A stretch of DNA of 62,712 nt, counting the filler, from a candidate division NPL-UPA2 bacterium Unc8 (GTDB taxonomy: Bacteria > NPL-UPA2): assembly GCA_003574845.1 (NCBI GenBank). It is 3 parts of 3 records of this genome, joined end to end, with 100 filler letters (N's around TTAATTAATTAA, not from the genome) between each part and the next. Parts side by side here need not be neighbours in the genome. Positions count along the whole stretch, not along the records: positions 38,996 to 62,712 come from NDHY01000012.1; 2 more parts are not named here. One strand, given 5' to 3'. Of this stretch, positions 50,577 to 59,622 are shown in pieces. The translations under genes were made by a program, and so were the position numbers. Within the stretch, counting starts at the first letter, position 1; every line of letters starts with the position of its first letter. The notes beneath the pieces were generated by a model that saw only the letters and a list, made by a program, of their open reading frames with translations, was not told where the DNA came from and did no database searches.

Positions 50577-51585
50577 CTTCTTCCTCTCTTCTCTCTCTAC
50601 TCTCTACTCTCAGGTCCGAGATGGCGTCCAGAGAAAAAGGGTCGCTACGCTCGCCACGCTGGAGGTAGTAGTAGCCAATGGCGGCAACCATTGCGGCATT
50701 ATCAGTCGCCAGCCTTTTTGGAGGAATATAAACCTTTATTCCTTTTTTCTTTCCTGCCTCTTTTAGGGCTCGTCGCAACGCCTCATTAGCTGCCACTCCC
50801 CCGCCAAGAACTATTTTTTCTACTCCTGTTTTCTCAGCAGCCATCAGAGACTTTTTTACCAGTACATCAACTACTGCCGCCTGAAAACTGGCAGCAATAT
50901 CAGCAGGGTTGGCAATGCCACACTTCTGAATGTAATAAAGCACTGCCGTTTTCAATCCGCTAAAGCTAAAATCAAGAGAATTGGGAAGAGCACGAGGAAA
51001 TTTTACGCTTTCAGGGTTTCCTTCCCGCGCAAGTTTTTCAATCAGTGGTCCACCGGGGTAACCTAACTTGAGCATGCGGGCAACTTTGTCATAAGCCTCC
51101 CCTGCGGCATCATCACGCGTTTCCCCTAATGAGCGATAGTCGCCATAATCTTTCACAAGAATAAGGCTGGTGTGTCCTCCGGATACGACTAAGCCAATAA
51201 ATGGAGGTGAAAGAGAGCTTGTAAGCAGGTAAGAATGAAGATGCCCTTCCAGATGATTAACTCCGATTAGTGGGAGACTTAACGCATAACTCAGAGACTT
51301 TGCCAGAGAGACCCCAACAATAAGACAGCCAATAAGCCCGGGGCCGTATGTTACCGCTATTGCTTTAATGTCAGTAAGGGAAAGATTGCTCCGCCTGAGA
51401 GCTGCCCTTAAGACAAGAGGTAAAGATTCTAAGTGCGCGCGACTGGCTAACTCTGGAACCACACCCCCAAAACGATGGTGTAGCTTTAATTGAGAAGAGA
51501 CAATGTTTGCACAAATTTTTTTTCCGTTCTCAACTATGGCTACGGCAGTTTCATCGCAGGATGTCTCCATCCCTAAAACCAACAT
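50560..51585 (-). CDS. tsaD: tRNA t6A threonylcarbamoyltransferase
   Basis: ETSCDET, HLEGH, SGGHT, DNAAM. Confidence 0.95.
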   Translation of the reverse strand: MLVLGMETSCDETAVAIVENGKKICANIVSSQLKLHHRFGGVVPELASRAHLESLPLVLRAALRRSNLSLTDIKAIAVTYGPGLIGCLIVGVSLAKSLSYALSLPLIGVNHLEGHLHSYLLTSSLSPPFIGLVVSGGHTSLILVKDYGDYRSLGETRDDAAGEAYDKVARMLKLGYPGGPLIEKLAREGNPESVKFPRALPNSLDFSFSGLKTAVLYYIQKCGIANPADIAASFQAAVVDVLVKKSLMAAEKTGVEKIVLGGGVAANEALRRALKEAGKKKGIKVYIPPKRLATDNAAMVAAIGYYYLQRGERSDPFSLDAISDLRVESRERREEEVDCIL

Positions 51586-51594
51586 TGTTTTAGT

Positions 51595-52788
51595 TTATTC
51601 CTGCCTTTGGCAGATGTGCTTCTGCAGTGTGTCTCTCAGGTGTATTTCTTTGAAAAATGGCCATGCTTTCAAGATATTAATCGCTGCTTCCAATTGCGGA
51701 TCCGGGACTTCTTTCTCCTCAATTTTCTCTATTCTCTCTATGAGAATGTCGGGGGCAATTCCCTCATCGTGAATGGTATATCCACCAGGAGTAAAGTACC
51801 TTGCCGTGGTCAGTCTAATGTGGGAGCCATCTCCTAAAGAAATAACTGCCTGCACTGACGCCTTCCCAAACGTTCTCTCTCCCACCAGTATCCCCCGCCC
51901 CCAATCCTTTATTGCTCCAGCTATAATCTCAGCGCCACTGGCGCTGCCACCATCTATGAGAACGATAAGGGGGTGCTCAAAAAGAGGATGCTGCTGCGAG
52001 AGAAACTCATAAAAATCTCTTCTTCCTTCTACCCGGACGATAAGTTTCCCTTTGTTCAAAAATTTATCTGTTACTTTAATGGCAGCATCAAGGAGTCCTC
52101 CAGAATTTCCTCTCAGGTCAAGAATCAGGCTTTCCATACCTCTTTCTTTGAGGCTTTGCAATGCCTTTACAAACTCTTCCGGCGTATCCTGATGAAAGTG
52201 GATAATGTGAATGTGCCCGATGTTGTCCTCAAGCAGCTCCTCCTCTACGCTTACCAGTTCTATCTTTTCTCTGGTGAGTGTAATCTCAGGCAAAACATCA
52301 CCTTCTCTGACAATGGTAATGGTAACGTCAGTCCCTGCAGGACCGCGCAGCCGGTGAACTGATTCCATCAGAGTTAGAGGCATTGTGCTTTCTCCATCAA
52401 TCTCAATTATCTTATCCCCTGCCCTGATGCCAGCCCGTGCTGCAGGAAAGCCTTTAAGGGGCGCAATCACTGTCAGTACTTTATCTCTTATGGTGATGGT
52501 CATTCCGACTCCCTCGAATTCTCCTTTTGAGCGAATCATTATTTCCTCGAATGACTCTGCATCAAGGAACTGGCTTGCCGGGTCAAGAGCATTTAGCATT
52601 CCCCTTAATGCCCCTTCAATTAATTTATCAAGGTCAACCTCATCAACATATTCTCTCCGAATGAGCTCAATTGTCCTGGCAAGTCGCCTTAATTGGTCAA
52701 ACATCCCTTTCTCCTTAGTGGTTTCGGCAAGAGCATTGCCGCAACTAAGGAGAAAAAATAGCGCCAATATAGAGATTTTTACCTTCAT
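51595..52788 (-). CDS. C-terminal processing protease (S41)
   Basis: PDZ domain, DLRGNSGG, SASGAE, FGK..VQ. Confidence 0.92.
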   Translation of the reverse strand: MKVKISILALFFLLSCGNALAETTKEKGMFDQLRRLARTIELIRREYVDEVDLDKLIEGALRGMLNALDPASQFLDAESFEEIMIRSKGEFEGVGMTITIRDKVLTVIAPLKGFPAARAGIRAGDKIIEIDGESTMPLTLMESVHRLRGPAGTDVTITIVREGDVLPEITLTREKIELVSVEEELLEDNIGHIHIIHFHQDTPEEFVKALQSLKERGMESLILDLRGNSGGLLDAAIKVTDKFLNKGKLIVRVEGRRDFYEFLSQQHPLFEHPLIVLIDGGSASGAEIIAGAIKDWGRGILVGERTFGKASVQAVISLGDGSHIRLTTARYFTPGGYTIHDEGIAPDILIERIEKIEEKEVPDPQLEAAINILKAWPFFKEIHLRDTLQKHICQRQE

Positions 52789-52805
52789 TATCCGTCTCCT
52801 GATAT

Positions 52806-53360
52806 TTACAGCCCCGCTAAAATCTCGGTGCTTACTTCTTTTGCTTTCTCTTTCCCCGTTAGAATTTCAACTAATTTTATAGAGAACTCTACAGCAGTTC
52901 CTGGTCCCTGGCTGGTAATGAGATTCCCGTCAACAATGACCCGCTCATTTACATAGTGAGCATCTGTCAGCATATCTTTTACCGCAGGGTGAATAGTAGC
53001 CTTTTTCCCCTGAAGCACGCCTGCCTTAGAAAGCACCGATGGCGCACCGCATATTGCAGCTATCCATTTGCCTGCCGCATCCATTTCTCTCACTAACTTC
53101 AGCACCCTTTCATCCTCTCCTAATTTTACAAAGTTAGGGTAGCCACCCGGGAGAACGATACCGTCAAAATCACCTGCTTTGAGCTCATCTATTGAAGAAT
53201 CAGCCATTACCTTAATTCCGTGCGAGCCTTTTACAGCGCCTTCTATCAAGCCGAAAGTAGTAACATCTATTCCAGTTCGCCTCAAAATATCAACTATAGC
53301 GCTAAATTCAATCTCTTCAAAGCCTTCTGTAAACGGAACCGCTATCTTCATTTTCCTCAC
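52806..53360 (-). CDS. DJ-1/YajL family protein
   Basis: GFEEIE, LPGG, AICGAP, TSQGPG. Confidence 0.9.
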   Translation of the reverse strand: MRKMKIAVPFTEGFEEIEFSAIVDILRRTGIDVTTFGLIEGAVKGSHGIKVMADSSIDELKAGDFDGIVLPGGYPNFVKLGEDERVLKLVREMDAAGKWIAAICGAPSVLSKAGVLQGKKATIHPAVKDMLTDAHYVNERVIVDGNLITSQGPGTAVEFSIKLVEILTGKEKAKEVSTEILAGL

Positions 53361-53380
53361 TCCCTCTAATCTGTTCTGAT

Positions 53381-53402
53381 GTAACTGCTCCTGAGTAGTT
53401 AC
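53381..53402. repeat. GTAACTGCTC-CT-GAGTAGTTAC palindrome (dispersed family)
   Basis: Related CCTGAGCAGTT motifs near 26657 and 54821; GTAACCGTTCACGGTTAC at 11898. Confidence 0.65.
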
Positions 53403-53514
53403 AACTTTTTAATTCTTAATTCTCAATTTTCATTGAATGTTACAATTCTCAATTTTCAAATCTTGATTGTTTTATTCTGAATTCTGACTCCTAACTTCTG
53501 GCTCCTGTCCTGAT

Positions 53515-53589
53515 TGTCCCCAAGGGGATTTGAACCCCTGTTGCCAGATCGAAAATCTGGAGTCCTGAGCCAGGCTGGACGATGGGGAC
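53515..53589 (-). tRNA. tRNA-Glu(TTC)
   Basis: GTCCCCATCGTC..., anticodon TTC. Confidence 0.92.
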
Positions 53590-53598
53590 AATCGCTCT

Positions 53599-54738
53599 TT
53601 AGATATTCAGCGCCCTTCTGAGCTTATCAAGAAAACCCTCTCTTAAGGGATAACTCCTCTTGTCCTCTAACTTAATAAGTTCACCAAATAATTTTCTTTC
53701 TTTCTCGCTCAGCCTCATGGGCGTTTCCAGTATCACTTTCACATATTGGTCCCCGCGGCTGTAGCCATGTAAACTCGGGACGCCCTTTCCTCTTAAACGA
53801 AACAGTCTTCCTGTTTGTGTTCCGGAGGGAACTTTCATTTCAAGCTGACCGTTGAGAGTAGGAATAGATATCTCTGCCCCCAGGGCAGCCTGACTAAAAC
53901 TTATCGGAACCTCACAAAAAAGGTCATTACCTTGTCTTGTAAATATCTCATGCTCTCTCACATGAATAAAAACATATAAGTCACCTCTTTCTGCTCCTCT
54001 TAAGCCCGCTTCTCCCTCTCCAGAAAGGCGCAGGCGCGAGCCTGTATCCACGCCCGGAGGAATCTTTACCTGAATGCGATGATGTTTTTTTACACGGCCA
54101 CTGCCGTGACAGTTTGAACAGGGACTTTCAATTATTTCTCCCTCTCCATGGCAGCGGCTGCAGGACTGGACAACACTGAAAAAACCTCGTGCATAGCTCA
54201 CCTGGCCACTTCCCTGACAGACCGGACAGTTGCTCGGAGATGTGCCTGGTTTTGCCCCTATTCCTGAGCAGGCAGGACAGGTCTCAAGGCGAAGAATCTC
54301 AACCCATTTCTCGGTTCCATTAGCTGCTTCCCCCAGGAGTATTTCTAAATCATACCGGAGGTCTTCGCCATACTGGGCTCTCTTCTGCCTTGCTGTATGA
54401 GTACCAAACAACTCATCAAAAATACCTCCTCCAGAGCCCTTACTGAATTCCTCAAAGATTCTGAATGCATCGCCAAGCCCAAATCCTTCAAATCCTCCAG
54501 GTCTGACATATTCCGCCTGCACCCCATCAGGTCCAAACTGGTCATACCTTTTCTTTTTCTCGGGGTCACTCAATACTTCATAGGCTTTGCCTGCGGCTTT
54601 AAACCTTTCTTCAGCACCAGTATCGCCAGGATTTTTATCCGGGTGGTTCTTAATGGCAATCTTACGAAAGGCTTTCTTTATCTCCTCCGCACTGGCGTCT
54701 CTGCTTACGCCCAATATTTTATAGTAATCTTCTGCCAT
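53599..54738 (-). CDS. dnaJ: Chaperone DnaJ
   Basis: HPD J-domain, four CxxCxGxG repeats. Confidence 0.96.
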   Translation of the reverse strand: MAEDYYKILGVSRDASAEEIKKAFRKIAIKNHPDKNPGDTGAEERFKAAGKAYEVLSDPEKKKRYDQFGPDGVQAEYVRPGGFEGFGLGDAFRIFEEFSKGSGGGIFDELFGTHTARQKRAQYGEDLRYDLEILLGEAANGTEKWVEILRLETCPACSGIGAKPGTSPSNCPVCQGSGQVSYARGFFSVVQSCSRCHGEGEIIESPCSNCHGSGRVKKHHRIQVKIPPGVDTGSRLRLSGEGEAGLRGAERGDLYVFIHVREHEIFTRQGNDLFCEVPISFSQAALGAEISIPTLNGQLEMKVPSGTQTGRLFRLRGKGVPSLHGYSRGDQYVKVILETPMRLSEKERKLFGELIKLEDKRSYPLREGFLDKLRRALNI

Positions 54739-54837
54739 TTGTTATTTTGTTATTTAGTAATACCAATGAAACTAATTCAACCTTTCTGCTTTTCAACCTA
54801 ACGGCTTACAGCCTATTTACCTGAGCAGTTGCGCATT

Positions 54838-56799
54838 TTACTTAGACTTTTTCTTGTCCTCATCGTCTACTTTATATTCAGCATCAATTATGTCTTCCTC
54901 TTTTTTGCCTTTCTTCCGCTTTTTTTCTGTTTTTTGCGGCTCTTCTTTCTTTTCCTTTTCTTCCGCCGCCTGTTTCTCGGCTGCTTGCCGATATGCTGTT
55001 TCAGCCAATTTGTGAGAGCTCTTTATCAACTCCTCATTCGCCGTTTTTATTGCTTGCGTATCGTCTCCTTTAAGTGCTTCTTTGAGCTTGTCAAGGGATT
55101 GATTTATGTTACTCTTCTCTTCATCGCTCACCTTTTCTCCAAGCTCAGAAAGCATCTTCTCGGTCGTATAGACAAGCGTATCGGCCTGATTTTTTACCTC
55201 AGCGGCCTCTTTTCGCTTTTCATCTTCCCCTCTCATCTCCTCGGCTTTCTTCACCATTCTGTCTATCTCTTCCTTTGAAAGTCCGCCTGAGGACTCAATC
55301 GTTATCTTTTGCTCTTTACCGGTAGCAAGGTCTTTTGCGGAGACATGAACAATGCCATTAGCGTCAATGTCAAAGGTAACATCAATCTGTGGAATTCCAC
55401 GCGGAGATGGAGGAATGCCTACAAGGTCAAACCTTCCCAGGCTCTTGTTGTCGGAGGCCATCTTCCTTTCCCCCTGAAGCACATTTATTGTTACTGCCGG
55501 CTGATTGTCTGCGGCAGTGGAGAATATCTGATTTCTTCTGGTGGGAATTGTTGTGTTCTTCTCAATTAATGGTGTCATTATTCCGCCGAGAGTTTCTATG
55601 CCAAGTGTGAGCGGAGTAATGTCTAAAAGCAGTATGTCCTTGACCTCTCCTTTTAGAACTCCTCCCTGAATTGCGGCGCCAACAGCTACCACCTCATCAG
55701 GATTAACTCCTTTGTGTGGCTCTCTACCAAAGAGCTTTTTTACTAACTCCTGGACTGCCGGGGAACGAGTCTGCCCACCTACAAGAATGACCTCGTCAAT
55801 ATCTTTGGTACTTAACCCTGCATCTTTCAGTGCCTGCTTACAGGGACCAATACATTTCTCAATGAGGTCTGCGGTCAATTGTTCAAGCTTCGCCCTGGTC
55901 AAATTCATACTCAAATGCTTAGGACCGCTTGAATCGGCAGTGATGAACGGAAGATTTATCTCTGTCTGAGCCGAAGTTGAAAGCTCACACTTTGCCCGTT
56001 CCGCAGCTTCAACCAGCCTTTGTCGTGCCATTGTGTCATTGCTCATATCAATACCATGTTCGCGCTTAAACTCAGATGTCAGCCAGTCCACTATCCGCTG
56101 GTCAAAATCATCTCCCCCCAGGAATGTATCTCCATTAGTGGATTTTACCTCAAAGGTCGCCTCCTCTCCGACAGGAGCCACTTCCAGAATTGATATATCA
56201 AAAGTCCCCCCTCCAAGGTCAAAGACAGCAATTTTTTGCTCTTTTTTTACCTTTCCGAACCCATAAGCAAGAGCAGCTGCGGTTGGCTCGTTAATTATTC
56301 TTAGCACCTCTAACCCGGCAATCTTGCCGGCATCTTTTGTTGCCTGGCGCTGTGCATCACTGAAGTAAGCAGGGACAGTAATTACGGCTTCACTTACCTT
56401 TTTCCCCATGTATTCCTCGGCAGTCTGGCGCATTCTCTGCAATATCATCGCTGAGACTTCCTGCGGGCTCAGCTTCTTTCCGCCAATAAGAATCCGTATG
56501 TCTCCATTAGGAGCTTCATCAATGTTGTATGAAATATTCTTTTTTGCTTCTACTATCTCAGGGTCAGCAAATTTTCTTCCCATAAACCGTTTCACTGAAA
56601 AAGCGGTATTCGCCGTATTGGTAATTGCCTGTCGCTTGGCAATTTGCCCTACCAGATGTTCTCCTCCTTTTGTAAAGGCAACTACGGAAGGAGTTGTCCT
56701 GGCACCATCAGGATTAACAATGATAACGGCTTCTCCTCCTTCCATAACCGAGACTACAGAATTTGTCGTTCCTAAATCAATTCCGATTGTTTTCCCCAT
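54838..56799 (-). CDS. dnaK: Chaperone DnaK
   Basis: [17 protein letters not shown]. Confidence 0.97.
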   Translation of the reverse strand: MGKTIGIDLGTTNSVVSVMEGGEAVIIVNPDGARTTPSVVAFTKGGEHLVGQIAKRQAITNTANTAFSVKRFMGRKFADPEIVEAKKNISYNIDEAPNGDIRILIGGKKLSPQEVSAMILQRMRQTAEEYMGKKVSEAVITVPAYFSDAQRQATKDAGKIAGLEVLRIINEPTAAALAYGFGKVKKEQKIAVFDLGGGTFDISILEVAPVGEEATFEVKSTNGDTFLGGDDFDQRIVDWLTSEFKREHGIDMSNDTMARQRLVEAAERAKCELSTSAQTEINLPFITADSSGPKHLSMNLTRAKLEQLTADLIEKCIGPCKQALKDAGLSTKDIDEVILVGGQTRSPAVQELVKKLFGREPHKGVNPDEVVAVGAAIQGGVLKGEVKDILLLDITPLTLGIETLGGIMTPLIEKNTTIPTRRNQIFSTAADNQPAVTINVLQGERKMASDNKSLGRFDLVGIPPSPRGIPQIDVTFDIDANGIVHVSAKDLATGKEQKITIESSGGLSKEEIDRMVKKAEEMRGEDEKRKEAAEVKNQADTLVYTTEKMLSELGEKVSDEEKSNINQSLDKLKEALKGDDTQAIKTANEELIKSSHKLAETAYRQAAEKQAAEEKEKKEEPQKTEKKRKKGKKEEDIIDAEYKVDDEDKKKSK

Positions 56800-56800
56800 T

Positions 56801-57382
56801 TTATCCCTCCTTTTCTTCCTCCCTTGAACCCTTGAATCCTTTCTTTTCTTTGTGCTTTTTATCTTCTTCTTTTATTCTTTTAGAAACTTTAACTGCTGCG
56901 GGTCTGATTATCTTATCTTTAATCCTATAACCGGCAGCCACTTCTTCTATCACAACGTTCTCAGGCTGCTCAGTGCTCTCCACATGGTCAATTGCCTCGT
57001 GCCGGCTGGGGTCAAACTCTTTTCCCATGGCATTTATCTTTTCCAACCCTCTCTTCTTCAGCACAGAGCACAGTTCCCTGTAAATCATTTCCACTCCTTG
57101 AAGAAAAGTATCCCGACTGCTACTCTTGCCAATTCCATAAATTGCTCTTTCAAAATTATCCATTATTGGAATAAGTTCACAAATTAAATCTTCAGTGGCA
57201 TATTGAAAGAGTTCGCTCTTCTCCTTGATGATGCGCTTGCGATAATTGTCAAACTCTGCCTGTAGCCTCTTGAGACTTTCCAGTCTTTCATCAGCCAACC
57301 GTGCCTTTTCCCATATCTGACGCAGTCTCTCCCTTGAATCTACCTTTGCCTTAACAACCTCAGCCTTCTTAGGTTCATTCAT
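56801..57382 (-). CDS. grpE: Nucleotide exchange factor GrpE
   Basis: [23 protein letters not shown]. Confidence 0.95.
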   Translation of the reverse strand: MNEPKKAEVVKAKVDSRERLRQIWEKARLADERLESLKRLQAEFDNYRKRIIKEKSELFQYATEDLICELIPIMDNFERAIYGIGKSSSRDTFLQGVEMIYRELCSVLKKRGLEKINAMGKEFDPSRHEAIDHVESTEQPENVVIEEVAAGYRIKDKIIRPAAVKVSKRIKEEDKKHKEKKGFKGSREEEKEG

Positions 57383-57472
57383 TTCTCACCGAGCACCAGT
57401 ACACCAGTCACCAGCTTGAACACTTTCATAAACTTTAATTATATCACCAATTACTTCCTTTTATCCATCATA

Positions 57473-58390
57473 TTAATTGTCCAGCAGTATTTCAAACTCC
57501 ATTCTATCCCTGGCAACAACCGTATTGGGAAATACCTCCTGAGCCTCTTTAAGAAGAACTCTATCATTTTTATACTGGGAACTTATATGAGTAAGAATAA
57601 GTTTCTTGACATGAGCTTCTTTTGCCACCCACGCTGCCTGGAAAGCGGTAGAGTGCCCTTTTTGATTGGCCTCTGCTTCTTTTTCATGCTCAAACATTCC
57701 ATCGTGAACAAGAACATCTGCTTCCCGGGAAATTCTGATTGCCTGTTCGCATGGTATTGTATCGGTAGCATAGACAAACTTTCTTCCTTTTCGCGGTGGA
57801 CCCAGGACATCCCGGGAACGAACCACTTTACCATCATCTAATTTTATGTCATCTCCTTTTTGAAGGCGGCTATAAAGTGGCCCTTCGGGCACACCGAGTG
57901 AATCTGCTTTCTCTACAAAAAATCTCCCGGGGCGCTCCTTCTCAATAAATGCATAGCCGAGTGTTGGTATCCCATGGTCAAGAGCTGTACACTCTACCTG
58001 GTATTTATCAACTTCAAGAGTTTTTCCTTCCTTCACTTCTTTTACTTTTAACTCATATTCAGAACGAAACCTGAGGTATCTTTTCACCGACAGTAAATAG
58101 TCTTCAATCCCCTTGGGCCCATAGATACAGAGTGGGTTCTGGTGCGAGGCTTGTCCCAATGACATGAGTAAACCGGGGATACCAGTGAGATGATCGCCAT
58201 GAAGATGAGAGATAAATATATGTTTAATTCTTGTCATGGAAAGCCCGGCCCTCATCATCTGGGTCTGAGTTCCTTCTCCACAATCAAAAAGGAAGATACA
58301 TCCCTCTCGTATTAGGGCTGTGGCTGGCAGATTCCTATACAATGTCGGAACTGACCCACTTGTTCCAAGAGTAACTACTTTCATAGACAT
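57473..58390 (-). CDS. rnz: Ribonuclease Z
   Basis: DCGEGTQ, HLHGDH, GP exosite, LTHIS. Confidence 0.93.
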   Translation of the reverse strand: MSMKVVTLGTSGSVPTLYRNLPATALIREGCIFLFDCGEGTQTQMMRAGLSMTRIKHIFISHLHGDHLTGIPGLLMSLGQASHQNPLCIYGPKGIEDYLLSVKRYLRFRSEYELKVKEVKEGKTLEVDKYQVECTALDHGIPTLGYAFIEKERPGRFFVEKADSLGVPEGPLYSRLQKGDDIKLDDGKVVRSRDVLGPPRKGRKFVYATDTIPCEQAIRISREADVLVHDGMFEHEKEAEANQKGHSTAFQAAWVAKEAHVKKLILTHISSQYKNDRVLLKEAQEVFPNTVVARDRMEFEILLDN

Positions 58391-58456
58391 TAGCGCAAAA
58401 TTATACTATAATTTCTACTCTTTGACAATTAGTGTCTTAAGGAGGAAGAAAAAAGT

Positions 58457-59542
58457 ATGGATAATTTAGTGGCAGTTATTATGGCAGGAGGGAAGGGGGA
58501 AAGATTCTGGCCTCGTAGTCGGGGACTATATCCAAAACAGCTTCTCCCAATTACTGGCAGAAGAACAATGATTCAGGAAACCGCAAAGAGAATGAATCCG
58601 CTTATCAGCAGTGATGATATTTTTGTTGTTGCAGGTGAAGAGTTAGCCGGTGGGATAGGAGAGCAGTTACCAGAACTGAGGAGGGGTAATCTCATTCTTG
58701 AGCCATTTGGGAAAAACACAGCCGCGGCAATCGGGTTAGCAGCCATAGTCATTGAAAAAATAAATAAGAAAGCAATAATGGTAGTGCTTGCTGCTGATCA
58801 TTTGATAGGGGAAAAAAGAAAGTTCCTGCGCACTATTTCAATGGCAACAAAAGCAGCGAAGGAAGGAAAATTGGTTACTCTTGGAATTCAGCCTACTCGT
58901 CCGGAGACTGGATATGGATACATAGAAAGCGGAAAGAAACTTCAAATTTCAGGAGTCAGGAAAGAAGCCGAGATATATGCAGTTAAGAGATTTGTAGAGA
59001 AGCCCGATGAGGCAGGAGCAAAAAAATATCTTCAGAGCGGGAAATATTTCTGGAACAGTGGAATGTTCATCTGGAAGGTGGAAAGTATTCTTGGAGCAAT
59101 TGAAGAGCATATGCCTGAACTTCATCGGGGGTTAAAAAAGATATCTGCTGCTCGCGGGGTCTCTCACAAGAAAGAAGTTATTAAGAAAGTGTATAAAAAA
59201 CTGGAGAATATTTCAATTGATTATGGCATTGTGGAGAAAAGTAAAAACATCGCCGTAGTAAAAGCTGATTTTCACTGGGATGATGTTGGCTCTTGGCTTT
59301 CGATGGAAAGAATACATAAAAAGAATAAAGATGGAAATATCATTCAGGGAAAGTTTGTAGGGATAGATACATCCCAGTGTATTCTTATAGGCAAGGAGCA
59401 GCTTATTGCTACAGTTGGAGTCTCCGGTCTCATTGTCGTTACCACCCCTCAAGCGGTCCTTATCTGCTCCCGGGACAGAGCGCAAGATGTTAAAAAGATT
59501 GTCGGCAAACTTGCAGATGATGGATTAAAAAAATACCTCTAA
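58457..59542 (+). CDS. manC: Mannose-1-phosphate guanylyltransferase
   Basis: MAGG.GERFWP.S..PKQ, ETGYGYI, WNSGMF, WDDVGSW. Confidence 0.92.
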   Translation: MDNLVAVIMAGGKGERFWPRSRGLYPKQLLPITGRRTMIQETAKRMNPLISSDDIFVVAGEELAGGIGEQLPELRRGNLILEPFGKNTAAAIGLAAIVIEKINKKAIMVVLAADHLIGEKRKFLRTISMATKAAKEGKLVTLGIQPTRPETGYGYIESGKKLQISGVRKEAEIYAVKRFVEKPDEAGAKKYLQSGKYFWNSGMFIWKVESILGAIEEHMPELHRGLKKISAARGVSHKKEVIKKVYKKLENISIDYGIVEKSKNIAVVKADFHWDDVGSWLSMERIHKKNKDGNIIQGKFVGIDTSQCILIGKEQLIATVGVSGLIVVTTPQAVLICSRDRAQDVKKIVGKLADDGLKKYL

Positions 59543-59545
59543 ACT

Positions 59546-59579
59546 CTACCCTGAACTTGATTCAGGGCTAAAACCTAAA
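59546..59579. repeat. 34-bp repeat with palindrome CCCTGAACTTGATTCAGGG, copy 2
   Basis: Identical to 26594-26627. Confidence 0.85.
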
Positions 59580-59622
59580 TTCTGCCTTCAGCCTGAATAC
59601 CCTTTTTCTTTAGTTTTCCTTC

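Noticed and set aside
54829-56827. Long antisense ORFs opposite dnaK and other core genes
   Set aside because: Typical shadow ORFs of conserved genes with no independent signals.
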